Positions 1-9,456 of a DNA stretch of 64,000 nt are shown one piece after another (the stretch's first letter is position 1; every line of letters begins with the position of its first letter). The notes below the pieces were generated by a model that worked only from the letters and a program-made list of their open reading frames with translations, had not been told where the DNA came from and searched no databases. The stretch is from Thiotrichaceae bacterium (lineage in GTDB: Bacteria > Pseudomonadota > Gammaproteobacteria > Eutrophobiales > Eutrophobiaceae): positions 1,465 to 65,464 of the forward strand of contig DUBV01000045.1 in NCBI GenBank assembly GCA_012960105.1, read 5' to 3'. A program made the position numbers and the translations under genes.

Positions 1-1896
1 TGATTCGCTAGTTACTATCGTATCTGAAATATCATGCTGTTCAGCAACAAATATACCTTCAACAGTTGTAGACCAGGTTGAGCGTTCATGTGTTAACGCA
101 AGTGTGGTATTCAATGGAGCAATTCGATAAAGGCTATCATCGATATCTCGACGCTTTCCTCGAACATAACTGATAACACCATCAAGATGCCATCTTTCAT
201 TGAACGAATATCCCCAGTTAGCATCAGCACCATAAAACTCAGCATCAACATTGCTGAACTTGAGCGGTGATGTTTCACTATTTAATCCTGCTACAGTAAG
301 AACTGACGCATTCGTTGCAGCTGTTCCCTGTATGTAATCATCTACAGAGCGATAATATACACGTGGTGCGATGTAATAATGATGATGATGCCAATCTAAA
401 CCTAATTCGATTTGATGTGATACTTCAGGATCAAGGTTGACGTCGCCAACATAACTATTGCTATCGCCCAATCCCGCATTCACCTCTAAAGGTATCCATA
501 AATAACGTTCAAGGTAGTAAGGTGAGCGAGTCTTGCGTGCCAGTCCCAGTTCTACTGTGAGATGATCGCTTGCATCGTAGTTAATTTCTGCAACCCAATC
601 AATATTATTATCTTCCTGACTGCGGTCTGATGAATTGAATGCAGTACTTAAGGCCGCAGTCGGGCCAGCACCACCTGCAGGAGTTACTATTGCAGATACA
701 TCATCTGCATCCATTTCAATTCGGGTATAACGCACACCTAACTCCAGTTCAAAACGCTGGCTTAGCTGTTGTTTCGTTTCAGCGAAGAAACTGAAAGTAT
801 CATTTTGAACATTATTAAAATTAGTTACAAAAAATGAGGCTTGATCCGGATCGAGTACAGTTGAATCATGTTCATTAAAAGAAGTATCAAAACCCACTGT
901 TAAATCACCTTTAGCCATGGGCAAGGTGCCTTTTAAGGTATAAACAAAACTATCACTGGTAGCATTCACTAAACGACGATCAGTTGTGCCACCTGGTGTA
1001 AAGAAATCAGGCGCTGGACGTAAAGTGAAATTATCCATTTGATGGCCAACATCTGTGTAATTAATAGTCGTTTCAATCTTAACGTTATTCCATTGAGTAT
1101 TATATTTTGCGTTAAAGAGTTCGGTGTCCAGAAATACAATATCCAATGGTAATGATGGGTTGCCACTTCGTCCTGTGTCCTGATGGCGAAAATTTAGTGC
1201 CAGTTCCTGTTGTCCTTGTTGAAAACCGTAACCTATTCCGTAGTTATCTCTTTCATGTTCAGTACCATTGATCTCGCCATTACCAAAATCAATATCGTCT
1301 GCTTCATCTCTAGCACCTATAATATGAAAGCGGTGTTTATTGTTTGAGTATGCTAATAGTCCGCCGACGTTATAACCATCATCAACGCTATGTACACTTG
1401 TTTCAATATCACCATGAAACTCATATTCATTACTGTTGCTAAATTTACTTGATTTGGTATTAGCTTTTACATAACCACCGATACCTGTGCCAGAACTTAC
1501 TGAAGCTATACCACGACTAACTTCCATTGAATCTAATAAAGTTGATGGTACATAATGTAATGGTGGATCCATCCAGTTCGGGCCACCCGAGTTAATATAC
1601 ATCCCATCAACTCTAACATTCATACGGGTTCCAAACATTCCACGGTATTGAGTCTATCCACTTACTGGGCCATTGTTATTAAAACTTCCGCCGGGGACTT
1701 TACTCATTAATTCAGACGTATCACTAATGCCTGAACGTATAGCGTCAAGTTCGATATGTGTTGGATTGAATCCAGTATCGACTTTGCCGCCAACTGTTAA
1801 CTCGGGTAATGTTTCTGGATGATCTGCTAATGCAGCTGTTCCATAAAGTAATATAGAAAAAAACAGGTAGACATAATTAGTCTTTGGTTTAAACAT
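1..1896 (-). pseudogene. TonB-dependent outer-membrane receptor (copper/OprC-NosA-like); C-terminus lies outside the window; one in-frame TAG at 1654..1656
   Basis: ORF 1654..1896 gives a signal peptide and plug start (ETLPELTVGG...NNNGPVSG*). My manual translation of the same frame from 1653 to 1 has no further stop (TQYRGMFGTRMNVRVDGMYINSGGPNWMDPPLHY..., then barrel-like sequence). Confidence 0.8.
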
Positions 1897-1986
1897 AATA
1901 GTTACTCTCTTAAAAATTAATTCAATACGTATACGCTATGCATAAACGCATATATGCTCTGTTAAGTAGAACGTATAGTTTATTTA

Positions 1987-2430
1987 TTAAAAGCTAAGAG
2001 CAGGCGGTGCGCGGGCAAAACGAGTGCTGCTAGTTGTTCGATGTATGTTGAAACTTTGGTGAAAAACAACATTATCAGATAAGAACGGAGCTGGGATGTC
2101 AAAGAAAGATAAATCTGCGAGTAATGAATGGCTGCTGGATGACCAGAAGCTACAACTCGACATAGGATGATCTTGTGCCGCATGATCATCATGGTCAGTA
2201 TGATTTTGATGATCGCCATGATGTTGACTGTGTTCTTGAATGTTTTGCTCAAGAGCAGCAATAGCATTAATTCCCGCTGGCCCTTCACAAATAATAATCG
2301 AAAGGAAACTACCATCTACAGGATCGGTATCCAGCATGTAACCCACTGCGACAACAGAACGCAATAACATGCTAATGGCGAAAAAGGCAGCGAGTTTTCG
2401 GCTAGTAATTAATTTTCGGAAATATTTCAT
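1987..2430 (-). CDS. His-rich membrane-anchored protein, DUF2946-like (a family usually next to TonB-dependent copper receptors)
   Basis: N-terminal TM helix, IICEGPAG motif, HSQHHGDHQNHTDHDDHAAQDH tract, then a Cys. Lies directly upstream of the receptor on the same strand. Family assignment is from memory of the pattern only. Confidence 0.5.
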   Translation of the reverse strand: MKYFRKLITSRKLAAFFAISMLLRSVVAVGYMLDTDPVDGSFLSIIICEGPAGINAIAALEQNIQEHSQHHGDHQNHTDHDDHAAQDHPMSSCSFWSSSSHSLLADLSFFDIPAPFLSDNVVFHQSFNIHRTTSSTRFARAPPALSF

Positions 2431-2640
2431 GCCGGTGGAGTATAGTGAAAAGCTGAGTTCAGGGCAAATTTAGATTTAAAGTTTAATTATTATTTTAGAA
2501 AAAGTGAATTTTTCAAACACTTATTTAAGCTTTCAATAAACTAAATTAAGGTGCTTTTTTATTGTTAAAATTATGAAAATAAATCTGCAAATTATTCAAT
2601 TTGTCCTATAATTTTAATTAGAGTGTTATCACTCATTTCA

Positions 2641-2692
2641 TGCCGCTATCAGCGGCACAAACCCCCGCCTGAGGTAACGCGGGGGTTTCTTA
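2641..2692. terminator. Two tandem perfect hairpins (tgccgct/agcggca and aaacccccgc/gcgggggttt) followed by a short T-rich tail
   Basis: Stems read directly: 2641..2657, and 2659..2668 pairing with 2679..2688. Could terminate the PP2C gene (minus strand) or be the 3' end of a small plus-strand RNA. Confidence 0.5.
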
Positions 2693-2770
2693 TGTCTGAA
2701 TATTATTAACTACCACTTATGCTATTTCAATATAAAAGTATTACTTATGTCCGTAATGCGGTGCGAAATA

Positions 2771-3574
2771 TTACTTAAGTCTAAAGCTAATTAATGTTAA
2801 ATCGTCAGGGTGGCATCTACGATCAGGCAAGGGCTCACTCATGTTTTTCTTACAGTCATTAATAAGTTCATTAACACCTTCTAATAGAGAATCTGTGCTA
2901 ATAAAACTGCATATTTCATCCTCGTAAAGATTGTCGGATACTGCGTCGCTAGAAATTATTAGCGTATCAAATGTCGAAAGTTCGGTAAGAGGACCAATGT
3001 TAATTTGCATATCATTACAGCCAACAAAATTAGATATTAAGTTTCGTTCAGGATGACACATGGCTCTTTCGGTATCTATAGCACCGCAGGCAACAGCATA
3101 AGAGATGGGTGAATGTGAAAGTGATTGATACTTTACTTTGGCATGACTGGCGGATAATAAAATTAATGAATCACCGGCATGGTAAGTACGTAACATATTG
3201 CCTCTGATTTCTGCAATAGAAACCGTTGTGCCAGAACCTGATTTAGAGCTTACGATCTCTTTGTTGGCAGTATCAATGCCGCTCAAAATAGCTTCGCGGA
3301 TACTTATGTCTTTATTTTTTAATGAATCGATTAACGTCTCTATAAGTAATTTTGAAGCTTCTTCGCCTGCATTCATTCCACCAAGACCATCAGCAACGAC
3401 AAGAACAGTTGTTTCATCATCGACAGGTATGATAGCTAATGAATCTTCGTTAGCTGTTATTTTCGATGGTGAGCGATCTGAAAAATAGATAGCTTCGCCA
3501 TGTTTGTTAGATACACTTTGAGCTTCCTTATCTCTGGCATCAAATCGTGTGATTATATTTTGTGTATCCGTCAT
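2771..3574 (-). CDS. PP2C-family Ser/Thr protein phosphatase
   Basis: VVADGLGGMNAGEEAS motif and a later SSDAVSD acidic motif, typical of PPM/PP2C. Confidence 0.75.
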   Translation of the reverse strand: MTDTQNIITRFDARDKEAQSVSNKHGEAIYFSDRSPSKITANEDSLAIIPVDDETTVLVVADGLGGMNAGEEASKLLIETLIDSLKNKDISIREAILSGIDTANKEIVSSKSGSGTTVSIAEIRGNMLRTYHAGDSLILLSASHAKVKYQSLSHSPISYAVACGAIDTERAMCHPERNLISNFVGCNDMQINIGPLTELSTFDTLIISSDAVSDNLYEDEICSFISTDSLLEGVNELINDCKKNMSEPLPDRRCHPDDLTLISFRLK

Positions 3575-3635
3575 GGTTTGTGCTTTATTTCATTAAATAT
3601 TTTTTATATAGCAGTATCAGTTTATATAAATAATA

Positions 3636-5297
3636 TTATTTAAGTTTTTTATACTTCATTCTTTTCGGTTGTGCATCATTACCTTTGCGTTTGATGAAAT
3701 CATTGTGGTATTCACTGAAGTCGCCTTCAACAAAAGCAACTTCACCATCATCTTCAAATGCCAGTATATGCGTAGCAATACGATCAAGAAACCAGCGATC
3801 ATGAGAGATAACCAACATACAACCTGGGAAGGCGAGTATCGCTTCTTCCAAGGCACGTAAGGTTTCTATATCAAGATCGTTTGATGGTTCATCGAGTAGT
3901 AATACATTCGCACCTTGCTTTAAGGTATGTGCCAGATGTAGTCGGCCGCGTTCACCTCCAGAAAGATTACCTACATTCTTTTGTTGGTCGGTTCCTTTAA
4001 AATTGAAACGACCCACATAAGCACGTGAATTAATTTCATAACTGCCAATGGTTATATTATCCAGACCATCAGAAATGGCTTCCCAAACAGTTTTACTATC
4101 ATCAAGACTTTCACGGCTTTGCTCTACAAAAGCGATTTCAACTGTTTCACCGATTTTGATTTCACCGCTATCCGGTGTTTCCATTCCGGCTACCATGCGG
4201 AATAGGGTAGATTTACCGGCACCATTACCACCAATAATGCCAACAACAGCACCTTTAGGAATATTAAAATTCAAATCATCATATAAAACATGATCGCCGA
4301 ATGCTTTTGCAACATTAGTAAACTCAATTACAGAATCACCTAAGCGTGGACCAGGTGGAATATATATTTCGTTGGTTTCGCTACGTTTTTGGAAGTCTTG
4401 GGAGGTCATCTCTTCAAATCGAGCCAAACGCGCCTTACTTTTCGCATGACGACCTTTCGGTGCAGTACGTACCCATTCGAGTTCCTGTTTTATAGCCTTC
4501 TGTCTTGCCGATTCAATTTTTTCCTCAGATTTAAGGCGTCCTTCCTTATTTTCCAGCCATTGCGAATAATTACCTTCAAATGGAATACCTTCGCCACGAT
4601 CCAGTTCCAGAATCCAGCCGGCAACATTATCAAGAAAATAGCGATCATGAGTTACAGCAACGACAGTACCGCTAAAATCAGCTAGAAAACGTTCTAACCA
4701 ATAGACAGACTCTGCATCCAGATGGTTTGTAGGTTCGTCTAACAGCAGCATATCAGGGCGAGAAAGCAATAAACGACATAGGGCAACACGTCGTTTTTCA
4801 CCGCCTGAAAGTGTGTCTATCGAGGCGTCCCAAGGTGGTAAACGTAAGGCATCTGCTGCAATTTCCAGCGTCGTTTCCAGATTCTCCGCATCCCAGGCAG
4901 TAACGACGCTTTCATACTGCTCTTGTTTCTTAGCTAAAGCATCAAAATCAGCATCAGGATCAGCATAAGCAGCATAAACCTCGGTTAATCCGGCTAAGGC
5001 ATCCAAAGGTTCACGTAAACCGTCTTCAACGTTACCACGTACGTCCTTATCTGAATCAAGCTGTGGTTCTTGTGGTAGGTAACCAATCTTAATATCTGGC
5101 ATCGGGTAGGCTTCACCAATAATATCGGTATCAAGCCCCGCCATAATTTTGAGTAATGTCGATTTACCTGAGCCATTCAAGCCTAATACGCCAATTTTGG
5201 CACCCGGAAAAAAAGAAAGGTAAATATCTTTTAAAATTTGTCGTTTGGGAGGAACAATCTTCCCAACGCCGTTCATGGTAAATACGTATTGAGCCAT
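3636..5297 (-). CDS. ettA: Energy-dependent translational throttle protein EttA (ABC-F ATPase)
   Basis: 553 aa with two ABC cassettes (GLNGSGKST, GGNGAGKST, LSGGE signatures). N-terminus MAQYVFTMNGVGKIVPPKRQILKDI is typical of EttA/YjjK. Confidence 0.9.
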   Translation of the reverse strand: MAQYVFTMNGVGKIVPPKRQILKDIYLSFFPGAKIGVLGLNGSGKSTLLKIMAGLDTDIIGEAYPMPDIKIGYLPQEPQLDSDKDVRGNVEDGLREPLDALAGLTEVYAAYADPDADFDALAKKQEQYESVVTAWDAENLETTLEIAADALRLPPWDASIDTLSGGEKRRVALCRLLLSRPDMLLLDEPTNHLDAESVYWLERFLADFSGTVVAVTHDRYFLDNVAGWILELDRGEGIPFEGNYSQWLENKEGRLKSEEKIESARQKAIKQELEWVRTAPKGRHAKSKARLARFEEMTSQDFQKRSETNEIYIPPGPRLGDSVIEFTNVAKAFGDHVLYDDLNFNIPKGAVVGIIGGNGAGKSTLFRMVAGMETPDSGEIKIGETVEIAFVEQSRESLDDSKTVWEAISDGLDNITIGSYEINSRAYVGRFNFKGTDQQKNVGNLSGGERGRLHLAHTLKQGANVLLLDEPSNDLDIETLRALEEAILAFPGCMLVISHDRWFLDRIATHILAFEDDGEVAFVEGDFSEYHNDFIKRKGNDAQPKRMKYKKLK

Positions 5298-5462
5298 AAG
5301 GATTTTATTATTGATTTTGTTGCATCAATTATCGGTAATACCGCTTAACTAAGCAATATTATTAATTTAGAAGTGAAATAATCAGCTTCAATGAGAAACA
5401 ACATATCTCATCAGCCAATTAGTTGCTTAGTCTGATGAGACAATCAAACTATAAAGATGGGT

Positions 5463-5909
5463 TTACTCGCAAGCGCATATTGCTGATTGTGAACAAGGTG
5501 GGGCAGCTGCAACTTTACATGAACCACTATTTTTACCATTACCAATACACCATGCATTACAATCAAAGGTATCAGGATGGCCAAAATCATGTTTATGGCT
5601 ATGCAGTTCATCTTTACCCGGATTTGACTCAACTAATAAACCATTAGGAAGACAAGCTTCTCCAAACATTCTGCCGTTTGGTGTGCCCTTATCATCAGTT
5701 CCAATATGACAACCGGCAACGCCCGGCGCAACGCCATCTGAATCTTTCCACCAGGTAGTGTCATCTGGCATATGATCATCAGGTGCAAATTCAAAAGTAC
5801 CGAATGCGCCAGACATGTTCTTAGCGCCACTTGATGGTTTGCCTGTGTCTGCATAAACGTATGTTGCAAATAGCAAAACAGTTAAAATTACAGGCTTAAT
5901 ATATGTCAT
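5463..5909 (-). CDS. Secreted 8-cysteine protein of unknown function
   Basis: Signal peptide (MTYIKPVILTVLLFATYVYA/DT). The C-terminal segment CNAWC...GSC...CAC matches the CxxxC/GxC/CxC cysteine pattern. Confidence 0.6.
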   Translation of the reverse strand: MTYIKPVILTVLLFATYVYADTGKPSSGAKNMSGAFGTFEFAPDDHMPDDTTWWKDSDGVAPGVAGCHIGTDDKGTPNGRMFGEACLPNGLLVESNPGKDELHSHKHDFGHPDTFDCNAWCIGNGKNSGSCKVAAAPPCSQSAICACE

Positions 5910-6277
5910 ATTATTCTCTACGTTATTGTGTCTATTAGAAGTATATTGGTACGGGAAATTGACCGGTTTTATTCCATATAAGTTGTTTATTTTTTGATAG
6001 TGATTTCACGCCCACCTCATCTTTTTTAACAATGTGTGTCATACCTAAATGCGAGCATATATCAAAGGCAAGTGCTGCGAAAATTTATTTATAATCAGAA
6101 GTTAATATTATTATCGTTATAAATCATATAGTTATTGTTTAATATTGAAAATTGTGGCGTAATCAATTTGCAAAATAACGCTAAGGAAAAAGGCAAAATG
6201 AAATTGTTAGTACAAAAATGCCGCAGATGCATGGGTGCAAAAATAGGTGAACTTGTTAAAGAGTGGAGCTTAGTTTA

Positions 6278-7041
6278 TCAAGTGGCTAAGCGGCTGGATT
6301 TTCCATTACTGAAAACCCTGAACTCGCCTTTTTCCATACAGTTCCATTGTTCGTTATCGGTTAAGGAGTGGGAGGCTATGATAGTAATAACATCGTCTTT
6401 GTCTAAACGGGTATTGAAATCGATTGTTTCACCGGTATCAATTAAATGCGCTTCACCAAAAGGGTATTGGCGTGTTACCCAACACATTCTATTGGTACAG
6501 TAGGCATACATATTTTTGGAATCACTAAGTAAGAAGCTGAAGACACCATGTTCACTGATTTCGTCGGCAACGCTTTTTATTAATTTCCATAAATCATTTT
6601 TCTTGGTTGGACGTGTAGTGAATTCTTCTCAAATTCTATCCATCATATAACAAAAGGCATATTCGCTATCGGTTGGTAAAAACATAGTGTTTTATTTTTA
6701 ATACCTTTTAATTGTCCGTTATGAGCAAAGACCCAATCACAACCCCATAGTTCGCGTGAGAATGGGTGGGTGTTTTCGATACAAACCTTGCCACGAGTTG
6801 CCTGACGAATGTGACTAATAATTATTTTGTTTTTGATAAAGGATTGTTGGAAAAAGTCGGCTACTTGGGATTGTGCGCTGGCTTTGGCATCGTGAATTGA
6901 ACGACTGCCACGTCCTTCATATAAGCTGATGCCCTAGCCATCGATATGTATGCCGGTATTACCGCCACGTTGTTTTAAACCAGAGAAGCTAAAGCTAAGA
7001 TCAGCCGGTGTGTTCGAACTTAAGTCTAATAATCCACACAT
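6278..7041 (-). pseudogene. Class II (Ntn) glutamine amidotransferase, YafJ-like, inactivated
   Basis: Manual translation gives [42 protein letters not shown] with TAG at 6934..6936, where E. coli YafJ has Trp (from memory). There is a frameshift near 6650-6660 and an in-frame TGA at 6629..6631. The C-terminal part is ORF 6278..6511. Confidence 0.8.
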
Positions 7042-7168
7042 TTATGAGCCTACATTATTAATTAAAATGTTTTACAGTTCTTGTAGAAAACCGAAGAGGA
7101 ATGTGTAGTTATCGGTAAGTTTTTATAAGTATTTAATAATTAATAGAAGTGCGTGTAAGGCAATTATT

Positions 7169-8422
7169 TTACGGAAGTTTTTCGTCTATATTCAAACTAA
7201 TGATTTCATTCGTATCTGTTTGGACTTCACTTAGTCGAACAATTAAATCTCCTGATTCTGGAATGGCATTTCCGTTTTTTGAGACTCTAGCAGTAAGTTT
7301 TACTTGCTTGTGATCTGACAATTTATTATTAGGCATCATGGCTGATGAATCATCTAATGTAACTTGCAACGGCAGGTCGCTAACTTTCTTACGAATAATA
7401 GCAATGGGTATAGGTGGGCCATTAATCGCCTGAGCATAAATGAAAACAGTATCGTCAGCGTTAACGTCATCGATAAAATTCTCTGACAAACTAACGTGAA
7501 TTTGAATTTTATATTCTGCTGATGCTGCATCAGTTAAAGCTTCTTGCTGATTAGGCTTAGTCGTTTGTTGCGCGATAAGTATGTATTTTTTTATTTGCTG
7601 TTGTGCTTTTGATCCATCTTCAAGTTTTGTAACAAGACGTTGCCAATATTTTATGGCTACTTCAACTTCACCACGTTGATTTGCGGCTAAGCCGGCAAAC
7701 CACAGTCCATTTGCATTATCTGGAGCAAGTCGTAACGCTTCACTAATAAGTTCTGTCGGTCTCCCTGTAAAAATACCTGCATTAGTCATAGATAAAATAT
7801 CAGCATAACGTAGCAGTACCGTTGGATCGTCTCCTCTTAAACGGTAAAGATTATCTACGGCTCTAAGTGCTTCAGGATAACGTTCAAGTGTTGAATAAGA
7901 GTTGGTTAACATCAACCAGCCATCAACATCATCAGGTTCATTAATCAAACGTTGTTCAAGCTGAGTTAACATTTTTTCTATCGATACAAGTTTTTCTTCC
8001 GGGTTTTTAGCATTATTAAACTCAGATAGTATTGATGCTTGTCGTATGAGTTTTGGTTGCCCTAGATGATTATATAAATTAAAAGCAAGAACAGGAATCA
8101 GAACTAATAGAAATACGGCAGTAATTGTAGCTGAGCTTGACTTATACTTGTTAGATGATAGTTGTTCCTTCTCAAATTGAATTTTATCTTTGTCTTCATC
8201 CAATAGAGTTAATTGAAATTCTTTTTTTATTTTCTTGGCTTCGGTGCCGCTTAGCAAGCCATTTTCAATATCTAGTTCGAGTTCTATTAATCGTTGTTGA
8301 TAGCGTTCGCTATTATCTACCTGTTCAAGGTCGTCGTTATCATAAGTTCTTAATAAAATAACTATAATCACGAATAGTGAAATTAAAATAAACGAAATCG
8401 CAATTAACCAAAAACTAAACAT
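7169..8422 (-). CDS. ccmI: Cytochrome c-type biogenesis protein CcmI (TPR)
   Basis: N-terminal TM helix, TPR-like region, last gene of the ccm operon. Confidence 0.8.
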   Translation of the reverse strand: MFSFWLIAISFILISLFVIIVILLRTYDNDDLEQVDNSERYQQRLIELELDIENGLLSGTEAKKIKKEFQLTLLDEDKDKIQFEKEQLSSNKYKSSSATITAVFLLVLIPVLAFNLYNHLGQPKLIRQASILSEFNNAKNPEEKLVSIEKMLTQLEQRLINEPDDVDGWLMLTNSYSTLERYPEALRAVDNLYRLRGDDPTVLLRYADILSMTNAGIFTGRPTELISEALRLAPDNANGLWFAGLAANQRGEVEVAIKYWQRLVTKLEDGSKAQQQIKKYILIAQQTTKPNQQEALTDAASAEYKIQIHVSLSENFIDDVNADDTVFIYAQAINGPPIPIAIIRKKVSDLPLQVTLDDSSAMMPNNKLSDHKQVKLTARVSKNGNAIPESGDLIVRLSEVQTDTNEIISLNIDEKLP

Positions 8423-8423
8423 A

Positions 8424-8915
8424 TTATTCTTTGTCCTTGCCCTTGCCTAGCTCTTCGTTAAGTAACTCAGCCAAGCGTTGTTTCTGATTATCATCCATAT
8501 CTGGTTCGGTATAGTCAGAACTAGATTGTTTCCTAATAACTATAATCGCAATAATCAGCGCAAGGCTTAAAAGCAAAAATGGCCCAAACCAAAGCAACCA
8601 TGTATTTTCTTTTAATGGCGGGCGATACATAACAAAATCACCGTAACGTTCTACCAGGAAAGTAATAATTTGTTCGTCTTGTTTCCCAGCAACAATCATA
8701 TCGTAAACTTCTTTTCTTAAATCCTGTGCCAGGTCGGCATTGGAATCGGCAAGAGACTGGTTTTGGCAAACCAGGCAACGTATTTCTTCGATTAAAGCCT
8801 GATAACGTTCTTCATGCTCTATGTTATTAAACTTAACGGGTTCATCATATGCGCAGACATTATTAACGATTAAAAAAAATACAAAAGGCAATGTTAAGCG
8901 AAATAAAGCACTCAT
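8424..8915 (-). CDS. ccmH: Cytochrome c-type biogenesis protein CcmH
   Basis: LRCLVCQNQSLADSNA signature. Confidence 0.9.
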   Translation of the reverse strand: MSALFRLTLPFVFFLIVNNVCAYDEPVKFNNIEHEERYQALIEEIRCLVCQNQSLADSNADLAQDLRKEVYDMIVAGKQDEQIITFLVERYGDFVMYRPPLKENTWLLWFGPFLLLSLALIIAIIVIRKQSSSDYTEPDMDDNQKQRLAELLNEELGKGKDKE

Positions 8916-9454
8916 CTTTGTTGAGCCTCTAGTTTTTTAACCAATGGAAGGATAATTGTGTCGAGTTGTTGTTTATCAATAGGACCAATATGTTTGTAAC
9001 GGATAATGCCATCTTTGTCTAATATGAATGTTTCAGGTACGCCATAAACACCATAATCAATCCCTATGCTTCCTGATTCATCAAAGGCACTTTCTATATA
9101 AGGATTGCCTAATTGATTTAACCATTGTAAAGCGTCAGCGCGTTTATCTTTATAGTTAAGGCCATAGAGATGTAGATTTAGGTTTTTATCTTTTGCTACC
9201 GCGTCTACTAATAAAGGATGTTCTGTGCGACAAGCAGCGCACCATGAAGCCCAGACATTGATTAGCGATACTTTGCCTTTTAAATCTTTTAGATGAATAG
9301 TGATTTCGGGTGCATGTAAAGTCGGTAGATTGAATACAGGTGCAGGTTTGTCGATTAATGGCGACGGGATCTTACGCGGATCATTTCGTAAGCCAAAGAT
9401 GAATAAAACGACGAGACCAATAAAAAAAGCTAGCGGCAGTAAATAACGAATCAT
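8912..9454 (-). CDS. ccmG: Thiol:disulfide interchange protein DsbE/CcmG
   Basis: Thioredoxin fold with the WASWCAACRTEHP active site; overlaps ccmH by 4 nt. Confidence 0.9.
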   Translation of the reverse strand: MIRYLLPLAFFIGLVVLFIFGLRNDPRKIPSPLIDKPAPVFNLPTLHAPEITIHLKDLKGKVSLINVWASWCAACRTEHPLLVDAVAKDKNLNLHLYGLNYKDKRADALQWLNQLGNPYIESAFDESGSIGIDYGVYGVPETFILDKDGIIRYKHIGPIDKQQLDTIILPLVKKLEAQQR

Positions 9455-9456
9455 AA

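Noticed and set aside
6135-6503. 122-aa plus-strand ORF between the Cys-rich protein gene and ccmI.
   Set aside because: It overlaps the C-terminal part of the yafJ-like pseudogene on the opposite strand, which has clear homology. The plus-strand ORF has no motif.
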